From Eledone cirrhosa (lineage: Eukaryota), in NCBI GenBank assembly GCA_964016885.1, contig OZ024740.1, positions 35,836,001 through 35,900,000 on the forward strand: DNA of 64,000 nt, written 5' to 3'. The translations under genes were made by a program, and so were the position numbers. The notes below the pieces were generated by a model. It was not told the DNA's origin and ran no database searches. It was given only the letters and a program-made list of their open reading frames with translations. This document shows positions 31,501-44,000 of this stretch, piece by piece. Position 1 is the stretch's first letter; every line of letters starts with the position of its first letter.

Positions 31501-34500
31501 CAGGAAGTAAATCTATTGGATGGTTTCTTGTACCTACCACTGATACCGGAAGTAAAGCCTATTGGATGGTTTCTTGTACCAACCACTGACACTGGAAGTA
31601 AAACATTTTGGATGGATGCTTGTACCAACCACTGACAGAGGAAGTAAATCTATTGGATGGTTTCTTGTACCTACCACTGACACAGGAAGTAAATTTATTG
31701 GATGGTTTCTTGTACCTACCACTGATACCGGAAGTAAAGCCTATTGGATGGTTTCTTGTACAAACCACTGACACAGGAAGTAAAGCTTTTGGATGGATCT
31801 TGTACCAACCACTGACAGAGGAAGTAAATCTATTGGATGGTTTCTTGTACCTACCACTGACACAGGAAGTAAATTTATTGGATGGTTTCTTGTAACTTGC
31901 AATGACACAGGAAGTAAAACTATTGGATGGTTTCTTGTACATACCACTGACACAGGAAGTAAATCTATTGGATGATTTCTTGTACGAACCACTGTCACAG
32001 GAAGTAAACACTTTTGGATGGTTGCTTGTACCAACCACTGACAGAGGAAGTAAATCTATTGGATGGTTTCTTGTACCTACCACTGACACAGGAAGTAAAT
32101 TTATTGGATGGTTTCTTGTAACTTGCAATGACACAGGAAGTAAAACTATTGGATGGTTTCTTGTACATATCATTGTCACAGGAAGTAAATCTCTTTGATG
32201 GTTTCTTGTACCAACCACTGACACAGAAAATAAATCTATTGAAGGTATTATTGTAACTACCACTGACACAGGAGGTAAATCTGTTGGATGGTTAATTATA
32301 CCAACCACTGTCACAGAAAGTAAAGACTTTTGGATGGTTTCTTGTACCAACCACAGACACAAGAAGTAAATCTATTGGATGATTTCTTATACCTACCACT
32401 GACACAGGAGGTAAATCTATTGGATGGTTTTTTGTAACTTGCAATGACACAGGAAGTAAAATTATTGGATGGTTTCTTGTACCTACCACTGCCACAGGAA
32501 GTAAATATATTGGATTGTTTCTTGTACCTACCAATGAGACAGAAAGTAAATCTATTGGATGGTTTCTTGTAACTTTCAATGACACAGGAAGTAACATTTT
32601 GTATGGTTTATTGTACCAACCACTGACACAGGAAGTAAATTTATTGGATGCCTTCTTGTACCAACCACTGACACAGGAAGTAAATCTATTTGATGGTTTC
32701 TTGTACCAGCCACTGACACAGGAAATAAAAACTATTGGATGGTTTCTTGTAAATATTATTGTTACAGGAAGTAAAATCTATTGGATGGTTTCTTGTAACT
32801 ACGACTGACACAGGAAGTAAAAACTATTGGATGGTTTCTTGGAACTTGCTATGACACAGGAAGTAAAAACTATTGGATGGTTTCTTGTAAATACCACTGA
32901 CACAGGAAGTAAAAACATTTGGATGGTTTTTTGTAGCTACCACTGACAGAGGAAGTAAATCTATTGGATGGTTTCTGTACCTACCACTGACACAAGAAGT
33001 AAAACCTATTGGATGGTTTCTTGTACATATCATTGTCACAGGAAGTAAATCTCTTTGATGGTTTCTTGTACCAACCACTGACACAGAAAATAAATCTATT
33101 GAAGGTTTTATTGTAACTACCACTGACACAGGAATTTAATCTATTGGATGGTTCCTTATACGTACCACTGACACAGGAAGTAAAATCTATTGGATGGTGT
33201 CATGTACCAACCACTGACACAGGAAGTAAAATCTATTGGATGGTTCCTTATACGTACCACTGACACAGGAAGTAAAATCTATTGGATGGTTTCTCGTACC
33301 TTCTACTGTCACAGGAAGTAAATCTATTGGATGGTTTCTTGTACCTACCACTGATACAGGAACTAAGAACTATTGTATGGTTTCTTGTCACCTGCAATGT
33401 CACAGAAGTAAAAACTATTGGATGTTTTCTTGTAACCTGCAATGTCACAGGAATTAAAAACTATTGGATTGTTTCTTGTAACATGCAATGACACAGGAAG
33501 TAAAAACTATTGGATGTTTTCTTGTAACCTGCAATGTCACAGGAAGAAAAAACTATTGGATGGTTCCTTGTAACTACCACTGACACAGGAAGTAAAATCT
33601 ATTGGATGGTTTCTTGTAACTTGCATTGACACAGGAAGTAAAAACTATTGGATGGTTTCTTGTACCAACCACTGATAAAGGAAGTAAATCTATTGGATGG
33701 TTTCTTGTACTTACCACTGACACAGGAAATAAATCGATTGATGGTTTATTGTACCAACCACTGACACAGGAAGAAAATCTATTGGATGGTTTCTTGTACC
33801 TATCAGTGACACAGGAAGTAAATCTATTGAATGGTTTCTTGTACCTACCACTGACACAGTAAGTAAATCTATCGGATGATTTCTTGTACCTACCACTGAC
33901 ACAGGAAGTAAATCGATTGATGGTTTATTGTACCGACCACTGTCACAGGAAGGAAATCTATTGGATGGTTTCTTGTACCTACCACTGTCACAGGAAGTAA
34001 ATGTATTGGCTGGTTTCTTGTACGTTCTACTGTCACAGGAAATAAATCTATTGGATGGTATCTGTAACTACAACTGACACAGGAAGTAAATCTATTGGAT
34101 GGTTTCTTGTACCAACCACTGACACAGTAAGTAAATCTATTGGATGGTATCTGGTACCAACCACTGACACAGAAAGTAAATCTATTGGATGGTTTCTTGT
34201 ACCTACCTCTGTTACAGGATATAAATCTATTGATAGTTTCTTATACCTACCACTGACTCAGGTAGTAAATCTATTGGATGGCTTCTTGTACCTACCACTG
34301 ACACAGGATATAAATCTATTGGATGGTTTCTTGTACCAACCACTGACACAGGAAGTAAATCGATTGGATGATTTCTTGTACCTACCACTGACACATGATA
34401 TAAATCTATTGGATGGTTTCCTGTACCAACCACTGACACAGGAGGTAAATCTATTTGATGGTTTCTTGTACCTAACACTGACACAGGAAGTAAAATCTAT

Positions 34501-37500
34501 TGGATGGTTTCTTGTACCTACCATTGACACAGGAAGTAAATCTATTGGATGGATTCTTGTACCAACCACTGACACAGGGAGAAAATCTTTTGGATGATTT
34601 CTTGTACCTACCACTGTCAAGGAAAGTAAAGCTATTGGAGGGTATCTTGTACCTACCACTGACACAGCAATTAAATCTATTGGATTATTTCTTGTAGCTA
34701 ACACTGACACAGGAAGTAAATCTATTGGATGGTTTCTTGTACTTACCACTGACACAGTAAGTAAATCTATTGGATGGTATCTTGTACCTACCACTGACAC
34801 AGCAATTAAATCTATTGGATTATTTCTTGTAGCTAACACTGACACAGGAAGTAAATCTATTGAATGGTTTCTTGTACCAACCACTGACACAGGAAGTAAA
34901 TCTATTGGATGATTTCTTGTACCAACCATTGACACAGGAAGTAAAATATATTGGATGATTTCTTTTACCAACCACTGACACAGGAATTAAAATCTATTTG
35001 ATTAGTTTCTTGTACCTACCATTGTCACAGGAATTAATTCTATTGGATGGTTTCTTGTACAAACCACTGACACAGGAAGTAAATCTCTTGGATGGATTTT
35101 GTAACAACCACTTACACAGGAATTAAAGCTATTGGATGGCTTCTTGTACGTACCACTGACACAGGAAGTAAAATCTATTGGATGGTGTCTTGTACCAACC
35201 ACTGACACAGGAAGTAAAATGTATTGGATGGTTTCTTGTACCTACCACTGTCAGAGCAAGTAAATCTATTGAATGGTTTCTTGTACCTACCTCTAACACA
35301 GGGAGTAAATCTATTGGATGATTTCTTGTACGAACCACTGTCACAGGATTTAAACACTTTTGGATGGTTTCTTGTAACAACCACTGACACAGGAAGTAAA
35401 TCTGTTGAATGGTTAATTGTACCTACCAATGAGAGAGAAAGTAAATCTATTGGATGGTTTCTTGTAACTTGCAATGACACAGGAAGTAAAATTTTGTATG
35501 GTTTCTTGTACAAACCACTGACACTGGAAGTAAATTTATTGGATGGCTTCTTGTACCAACCACTGACACAGGAAGTAAATATATTGGATGGTTTCCTGTA
35601 CCTTCTACTGTCACAGGAAGTAAATCTAATGGATGGTTTCTTGTACCTACCACTGATACATGAACTAAGAACTATTGTATGGTTTCTTGTAACCTGCAAT
35701 GTCACAGGAAGTAAAAACCATTGGATGTTTTCTCGTAACTTGCAATGACACAGGAAGTAAAATATATTGGATGGTTTCTGGTAACTTTCAATGACACAGG
35801 AAGTAAAATATATTGGATGGTTTCTGGTAACTTGCATTGACACAGGAAGTAAAAACTATTGGATGGTTTCTTGTACCAACCACTGATAAAGGAAGTAAAT
35901 CTATTCGATGGTTTCTTGTACTTACCAATGTAACAGGAAGTAAATCGATTGATGGTTTATTTTACCAACCACTGACACAGGAAGTAAATCTATTGGATGA
36001 TTTCTTGGACCTACTACTGACACAGGAAGTAAAACCTATTGGATGGTTTCTTGTACATATTGTCACAGGAAGTAAATCTCTTTGATGGTTTCTTGTACCA
36101 ACCACTGACACAGAAAATAAATCTATTGAAGGTTTTATTGTAACTACCACTGACACAGGAGTTTAATCTATTGGATGGTTTCTGGTACGTACGACTGACA
36201 CAGGAAGTAAAATCTATTGGATGGTGTCATGTACCAACCACTGACACAGGAAGTAAAATATATTGGATGGTTTCTGGTAACTTTCAATGACACAGGAAGT
36301 AAAATATATTGGATGGTTTCTGGTAACTTGCATTGACACAGGAAGTAAAAACTATTGGATGGTTTCTTGTACCAACCACTGATAAAGGAAGTAAATCTAT
36401 TGGATGGTTTCTTGTACTTACCAATGTAACAGGAAGTAAATCGATTGATGGTTTATTGTACCAACCACTGACACAGGAAGTAAATCTATTGGATGATTTC
36501 TTGTACCTACTACTGACACAGGAAGTAAAACCTATTGGATGGTTTCTTGTACATATTGTCACAGGAAGTAAATCTCTTTGATGGTTTCTTGTACCAACCA
36601 CTGACACAGAAAATAAATCTATTGAAGGTTTTATTGTAACTACCACTGACACAGGAATTTAATCTATTGGATGGTTCCTTATACGTACCACTGACACAGG
36701 AAGTAAAATTTATTGGATGGTGTCATGTACCAACCACTGACACAGGAAGTAAAATCTATTGGATGGTTCCTTATACGTACCACTGACACAAGAAGTAAAA
36801 TCTATTGGATGGTTTCTTGTACGTACCACAAGCACAGGAAGTAAAATCTATTGGAGGGTGTCATGTACCAACCACTGACACAGGAAGTAAAATCTATTGG
36901 ATTGTTCCTTATACGTACCACTGACACAGGAAGTAAAATCTATTGGATGGTGTCATGTACCAACCACTGACACAGGAAGTAAAATCTATTGGATGGTTCC
37001 TTATACGTACCACTGACACAGGAAGTAAAATCTATTGTAGGGTGTCATGTACCAACCACTGACACAGGAAGTAAAATCTATTGGATGGTTTCTTGTACCT
37101 ACCACAAGCACAGGAAGTAAAATCTATTGGATGGTGTCATGTACCAACCACTGACACAGGAAGTAAAATCTATTGGATGGTTTCTTGTATCTTCTACTGA
37201 TACAGGAACCAAGAACTATTGTATGGTTTCTTGTAACGTGCAATGTCACAGGAAGTAAAAACTATTGGATGTTTTCTTGTAACCTGCAATGTCACAGGAA
37301 GTAAAAACTATTGAATGGTTCCTTGTAACAACCACTGATAAAGGAAGTAAATATATTGGATGGTTTCTTGTACTTACCACTGACACAGGAAGTAAATCGA
37401 TTGATGGTTTATTGTACCAACCACTGACACAGGAAGTAAATCTATTGGATGATTTCTTGTACCTACCAGTGACACAGGAAGTAAATCTATTTAATGGTTT

Positions 37501-38361
37501 CTTGTACCTACCACTGACAGTAAGTAAATCTATTGGATGATTTCTTGTACCTACCACTGATACAGGAATTAAATCTGTGGGATGGTTTCTTGTACCTTCT
37601 ACTGTCACAGGAAGTAAATCTATTGGATGGCTTCTTGTACCTACCACTGATACAGGAACTAAGAACTATTGTATGGTTTCTTGTAACCTGCAATGTCACA
37701 GGAAGTAAAAACTATTGGATGTTTTCTTGTAATCTGCAATGTCACAGGAAGTAAAATATATTGGATGGTTTCTGGTAACTTTCAATGACACAGGAAGTAA
37801 AATCTATTGGATGATTTCTTATAACTTGCATTGACACAGGAAGTAAAAACTATTGGATGGTTTTTTGTACCAACCACTGATAAAGGAAGTAAATCTATTG
37901 GATGGTTTCTTGTACTTACCAATGAAACAGGAAGTAAATCGATTGATGGTTTATTGTACGAACCACTGACACAGGAAGTAAATCTATTGGCTGATTTCTT
38001 GTACCTACTACTGACACAGGAAGTAAAACCTATTGGATGGTTTCTTGTACATATTGTCACAGGAAGTAAATCTATTGGATGGTTTCTTGTACCTACCACT
38101 GATACAGGAACTAAGAACTATTGTATGGTTTCTTGTAACCTGCAATGTCACAGGAAGTAAAAACTATTGGATGTTTTCTTGTAATTTGCAATGTCACAGG
38201 AAGTAAAAACTATTGGATGGTTTCTTGTAACTTGCAATGACACAGGATGTAAAATATATTGGATGGTTTCTGGTAACTTTCAATGACACAGGAAGTAAAA
38301 TCTATTGGATGGTTTCTTGTACCAACCACTGACACAGGAAGTAAAAACTATTGGATGGTTT
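19555..38361. repeat. 45(-46)-bp tandem satellite, left part, intronic
   Basis: Consensus TATTGGATGGTTTCTTGTACCTACCACTGACACAGGAAGTAAATC, with a second sub-type carrying GTAACTTGCAATGACAC in the middle. Confidence 0.97.
19920..35370. repeat. Higher-order repeat of the 45-bp satellite, ~4 near-identical copies of 3.4-4.3 kb
   Basis: Identical or near-identical repeat-derived ORFs recur at 20379, 23819 (+3440), 27213 (+3394) and 31559 (+4346), and at 29709/34055 (+4346). Confidence 0.9.
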
Positions 38362-38913
38362 TTTAGCAGTATTAGTTATTGAGTAGTCGCCACTTTAGCA
38401 GGGTGGTAGAATCAGTGGTCGTTAGTTGCCAGTGTGGTAAGTGATAGTATCCTCCTTGGATTATCTTGTTGACATAGACGTGAGGGAAGGTCCCTCGATC
38501 TATTTACCATCTATTTACAATATTCCTTTCGTCAGGTCGCCAATTCCAGCAGCATGGATTAAAGATGTCATTGAGACACGAGTAACATAACAACGACTTC
38601 AACCGCAGTAATTAGAGATGAAATGTTTGTTTATTTATATGGTTGAAGTTACAGATAAAAAGAGGTTACAAAAGGGAATGTGCCATTGCGCCGTTAAGCC
38701 GGCGAGGCTAGGGGTGCAATATCTCACTGCTACATTATGCGTGTTGCTGGCTTGAAGTTTCCGGTACAAAAGAGAGATTCTTCAAATCTTCGCGGGGAAT
38801 TTCTTCCTCGGGGCGCGTAGGGATACATCCTCTTCTACTGGCGCTGATTGGCTGAACTGAGCCAAATCACGCACAGAGAATGTATGTGAGCCCGCGGAAT
38901 GTAGGTCACTACA
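38362..38913 (-). repeat. 3' LTR (552 bp)
   Basis: Direct repeat of 40491-41042 with about 7 substitutions by eye. Preceded on the minus strand by the PPT. Confidence 0.92.
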
Positions 38914-38925
38914 TCACCTCCCACC
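38914..38925 (-). promoter_or_regulatory. Polypurine tract of the LTR element
   Basis: Minus strand GGTGGGAGGTGA directly abuts the TGTAG start of the 3' LTR. Confidence 0.75.
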
Positions 38926-40476
38926 AGATTTTCAGCCGAAAATCGATAACGAAGAAACCAAGGACCCACATATTAAATCAGCAAGAACAAATGCTGAAAG
39001 AGCACATCAGTGAAAAAATAATTGAGCAGAAGGTTGCATGCAAGAACAAAAAATGAGGCGCTACGGGCCGTGTTGAGCCGCTGTGTCAAATGACCAGTTG
39101 TTTTGTTGTTTATACGTGACCGCCAAAGGTCTAACAAAAAACGGATAAAGTCTGACATGGGCGAAGTTGCTGTTCTTGCATTAAATGTTAATGGTAAGCG
39201 TTGTACCAGTAGCTGTGAACGAAGCTATTATGGTAGTTTACCAGTGCTGGCGAGAAAATGATGGCCCCCAGATGTATTGTCGAATGTGCCTTGGAGCCAG
39301 GAAAAAATGGCTGGCTGCTTTGTAAAGAACAAAAGGCAAGTTTAATCTGTAGGTGGGTTGCAGTGTAAATTCCATAATTCGGGCGAATCCACAGAAGTGG
39401 CCGAAATGTTGACAAGTCCAGTTCAATTTGTTGCTTTCCCAGCGAGTCGGGCAAAAACAACAAGACGGATGGCCGTCATGGACGATCAGTGTGCAACGAG
39501 ATGCGAAGCTGTTTGAGTTCAGCGTCAATTAGTATTCTCGTGTTGCGGTGACTGTTTGAATCCAGTGGATTAAGATCTGTGAGCTGCCAGCATCTCAACC
39601 AGGTGAAAAGGGACTCGCAGAATATTACGTTTGAAGAACATATACCAAGAACAACATGTTGGTGTGTGATAAAAAAAAATGTGTGCATATGCAGGCATGT
39701 AAAACAACAAAGAATGTGAATGAACAAAAACCATGAGCAAGCAAATAGCAAAAGAGCACAAAACAAGTAAATGCATTCTACAAAGAAATATGTGAATGTA
39801 ACAAACTGATAATTCAAAGTCAATCTAGGGGAGCAGAGAAATTGCTCAATAAGTTCAAAGTTTTTCAAAGTCAAATAGTTCACACATCACCAGTGTACAG
39901 ACACTAGTTCTATCTGAAAACTGAAAAAGAAGTTTGTTAATGCCGTTAGGGGTTAGATGTATGGTGTTTTTGTGAGATTTCGTGGCCATGTTCCCGTCCC
40001 GCCACACGGTTGTGTTGCTTATTGTTAAAGCAAAGTCAAAGAATCTTCTGTAGAGTAGGAGTCACCAAATATGGCAGTCACGTCTGACGCCATAATGGTG
40101 AGAAAACTACTGTCTCAATTTCTCGCGTCCCTGTGGTAACGAGACAGAAGGTATGGTGGTTGCGTCGGTAAAGTTACAAGCCGTTTTGAAATTTCCGATG
40201 TGTGGTGGTTGGCGTCGGTAAGGTTATGAAGCTGCCACTCACTGTTCCCTGTATTGGTCAGTGGTTAAACAACGCTGTCGCTGCTGCTGTCATTGTTGTT
40301 GTCAAGCGTAGCCATGACATGTCGGTAGCCATCTTGAAATTTTTTCGTGGCGAAAAAGTTTTTGAAATACTGCTAATTTTTCAAAAATCTTAAAAGGAAT
40401 ATTCTGGATTTTCGCAAGTTGCGACGTGGCAATAAAAGTTAAACTGAATGAATAAGAAGGGCTGCGTGATATTCTT

Positions 40477-40489
40477 ACGTCGGTCACCA
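40477..40489 (-). promoter_or_regulatory. Primer-binding site, tRNA-Trp-like
   Basis: Minus strand TGGTGACCGACGT lies one base after the 5' LTR. It resembles the tRNA-Trp PBS TGGTGACCCCGACGTGAT with 2 nt missing. Confidence 0.7.
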
Positions 40490-40490
40490 C

Positions 40491-41042
40491 TTTAGCAGTA
40501 TTAGTTATTGAGTAGTCGCCACTTTAGCAGGGTGGTAGAATCAGTGGTCGTTAGTTGCCAGTGTGGTAAGTGATAGTATCCTCCTTGGATTATCTTGTTG
40601 ACATAGACGTGAGGGAAGGTCTCTCGATCTATTTACCATCTATTTACAATATTCCTTTCGTCAGGTCGCCAATTCCAGCAGCATGGATTAAAGATGTCAT
40701 TGATACACGAGTAACATAACAACGACTTCAACCGCAGTAATTAGAGATGAAATGTTTGTTTATTTATATGGTTGAAGTTACAGATAAAAAGAGGTTACAA
40801 AAGGGAATGTGCCATTGCGCCGTTAAGCCGGCGAGGCTAGGGGTGCAATATCTCACTGCTACATTATGCGTGTTGCTGGCTTGAAGTTTCCGGTACAAGA
40901 GAGAGATTCTTCAAATCTTCGCGGGGAATTTCTTCCTCAGGGCGCGTAGGGATACGTCCTCTTCTACTGGCACTGATTGGCTGAACTGAGCCAAATCACG
41001 CACAGAGAATGTATGTGAGCTCGCGGAATGTAGGTCACTACA
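40491..41042 (-). repeat. 5' LTR (552 bp)
   Basis: Direct repeat of 38362-38913. Followed on the minus strand by the PBS. Confidence 0.92.
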
Positions 41043-44000
41043 GTTTCTTGTACCAACCACTGATAAAAGAAGTAAATCTATTGGATGGTTTCTTGTACTT
41101 ACCAATGAAACAGGAAGTAAATCGATTTATGGTTTATTGTACCAACCACTGACACAGGAAGTAAATCTATTGGATGATTTCTTGTACCTACTACTGACAC
41201 AGGAAGTAAAACCTATTGGATGGTTTCTTGTACATATTGTCACAGGAAGTAAATCTCTTTGATGGTTTCTTGTACCAACCACTGACACAGAAAATAAATC
41301 TATTGAAGGTTTTATTGTAACTACCACTGACACAGGAATTTAATCTATTGGATTGTTTCTGGTACGTACCACTGACACAGGAAGTAAAATCTATTGGATG
41401 GTTCCTTATACGTACCACTGACACAGGAAGTAAATCTATTGGATGGTTCCTTATACGTACCACTGACACAGGAAGTAAAATCTATTGGAGGGTGTCATGT
41501 ACCAACCACTGACACAGGAAGTAAAATCCATTGGATGGTTTCTCGTACCTTCTACTGTCACAGGAAGTAAATCTATTGGATGGTTTCTTGTACCTACCAC
41601 TGATACAGGAACTAAGAACTATTGTATGATTTCTTGTAACCTGCAATGTCACAGGAAGAAAAAACTATTGGATGGTTCCTTGTAACTACCACTGACACAG
41701 GAAGTAAAATATATTGGATGGTTTCTGGTAACTTTCAATGACACAGGAAGTAAAATCTATTGGATGGTTTCTTGTACCAACCACTGATAAAGGAAGTAAA
41801 TCTATTGGATGGTTTCTTGTACTTACCACTGACACAGGAAGTAAATCGATTGATGGTTTATTGTACCAACCACTGACACAGGAAGTAAATCTATTGGATG
41901 ATTTCTTGTACCTACCAGTGACACAGGAAGTAAATCTATTGAATGGTTTCTTGTACCAACCACTGACAGTAAGTAAATCTATTGGATGATTTCTTGTTCC
42001 GACCACTGTCACAGGAATTAAATCTGTGGGATGGTTTCTTGTACCTACCACTGTCAGAGGAAGTAAATCTATGGGATGGTTTCTTGTATCTACCACTGTC
42101 ACAGGAAGTAAATCTATTGGAGGTTTTCTTGTACCTACCACTGACACAGGAAGTAAATGTATTGGCTGGTTTCTTGTACGTTCTACTGTCACAGGAATTA
42201 AATCTATTGGATGGTATCTGTAACTACAACTGACACAGGAAGTAAATCTATTGGATGGTTTCTTATACCAACCACTGACACAGGAATTAAATCTATTGGA
42301 TGGTTTCTTGTACCAACCACTGACACAGGAAGTAAATCTATTGGATGGTTTCTTGTACCTACAACTGACACAGGAAGTAAATCTATTGGATGGTTTCTTG
42401 TACCTACCACTGACACAGGAAGTAAATTTATCGGATGGTTTCTCTACCTACAACTGTAACATGAAGTAAAATCTATTGGATGTTGTCTTGTACCTACCAC
42501 TGACACAGGAAGTAAATCTATTGGATGGTTTCTTGTACCTACCTCTGTTACAGGATATAAATCTATTGGATGGTTTCTTATACCTACCACTGACACAGGA
42601 TATAAATCTATTGGATGGTTTCTTGTACCAACCACTGACACAGGAATTAAATCTATTGGATGATTTCTTGTACCTACCACTGACACATGATATAAATCTA
42701 TTGGATGCTTTCCTGTACCAACCACTGACACAGGAATTAAATCTATTGGATGATTTCTTGTACCTACAACTGACACATGATATAAATCTATTGGATGCTT
42801 TCCTGTACCAACCACTGACACAGGAAGTAAATCTTATGGGTGGCTTCTTGTACCAACCTCTGACACAGGAAGTAAATCTTTTGGATGGCTTCTTGTACCA
42901 ACCACTGGCACAGGAAGTAAATATTTTGGATGGCTTCTTGTACCAACCACTGACACAGGAAGTAAAAACTATTGGATGGTATCTTGTAACTACCACTGAC
43001 ACAGGAACTAAAAATAATTGGATTGTTCCTTGTAACTTTCAATATCACAGGAAATAAATACTATTGGATGATTTCTTGTAAATTGCAATGACAAAGGGAG
43101 TATAAACTATTGGTGGATACTTGTACCTACCACTGACACAGGAAATAAATCCATTGGACGGTTCTGGTAACTTTCAATGACGCAGGAAGTAAAAATTATT
43201 GGATGATTTCTTGAACCTACCACTGACATAGTAATTAAATCTATTGGATGGTTTCTTGTACCTACCACTGCCACAGGAAGTAAATCTTTTGGATGGCTTC
43301 TTGTACCAACCACTGACACAGGAAGTAAAATCTATTGGATGGTATCTTGTAACTACCACTGACACAGGAACTAAAAATTATTGGATTGTTTCTTGTAACT
43401 TTCAATATCACAGGAAATAAATTCTATTGGATGTTTTCTTGTAACTTGCAATGACACAGGAAGTAAAATCTATTGGATAGTTTGTTGTACCTACCACTGA
43501 CACAAGAAGAAAATCTATTGGATGGTTTCTTGTTCCTACCACTGACACAGGAAGTAAATCTATTGGATGGTTTCTTGTACCTACCATAGAGGCAGGAATT
43601 AAAATCTATTGGGTGGTTTCTTTACCTATCACTGACACATGAAGTAAATCTATAGGATGGTTTCTTGTACCACAACTGACACAGGAAGTAAATCTATCGG
43701 ATGGTTTCTTGTTCCTACAACTGACACAGGAGTAAATCTATTGGATGTTTTCTTGTACCTACCATAGAGGCAGGAATTAAAATCTATTGGATGGTTTCTT
43801 GTACCTACCACTGACACCTGGAGTAAATCTATTGGATGGTTTCTTGTAACTACCACTGACACAGGAAGTACATCTATTTCATGGTTTCTTGTAACTACAA
43901 CTGACACTGGAAGTAAATCTATTGGATGGTTTCTTGTAACTACCACTGAAACAGGAAGTAAATCTATTGGATGGTTGCTTGTACCTACCACTGTCACAGG

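Larger units (their letters stand above)
38362..41042 (-). mobile_element. Non-autonomous LTR retrotransposon (Ty3/Gypsy-like signals), 2681 bp, inserted in the satellite
   Basis: Two 552-bp direct repeats (38362-38913, 40491-41042). 4-bp TSD GTTT (38358-38361 / 41043-41046) restores the satellite consensus. Minus-strand LTR starts TGTAGTGACC. PBS and PPT are correctly placed. No recognisable gag/pol in the 1.58-kb interior. Confidence 0.92.

Noticed and set aside
38525-38545. CTGACGA on the minus strand of the LTR (LTR-retrozyme idea)
   Set aside because: No stem II plus GAAA follows at a workable distance.
38973-40490. Short ORFs inside the LTR element
   Set aside because: No gag, protease, RT or integrase motif recognisable by eye.
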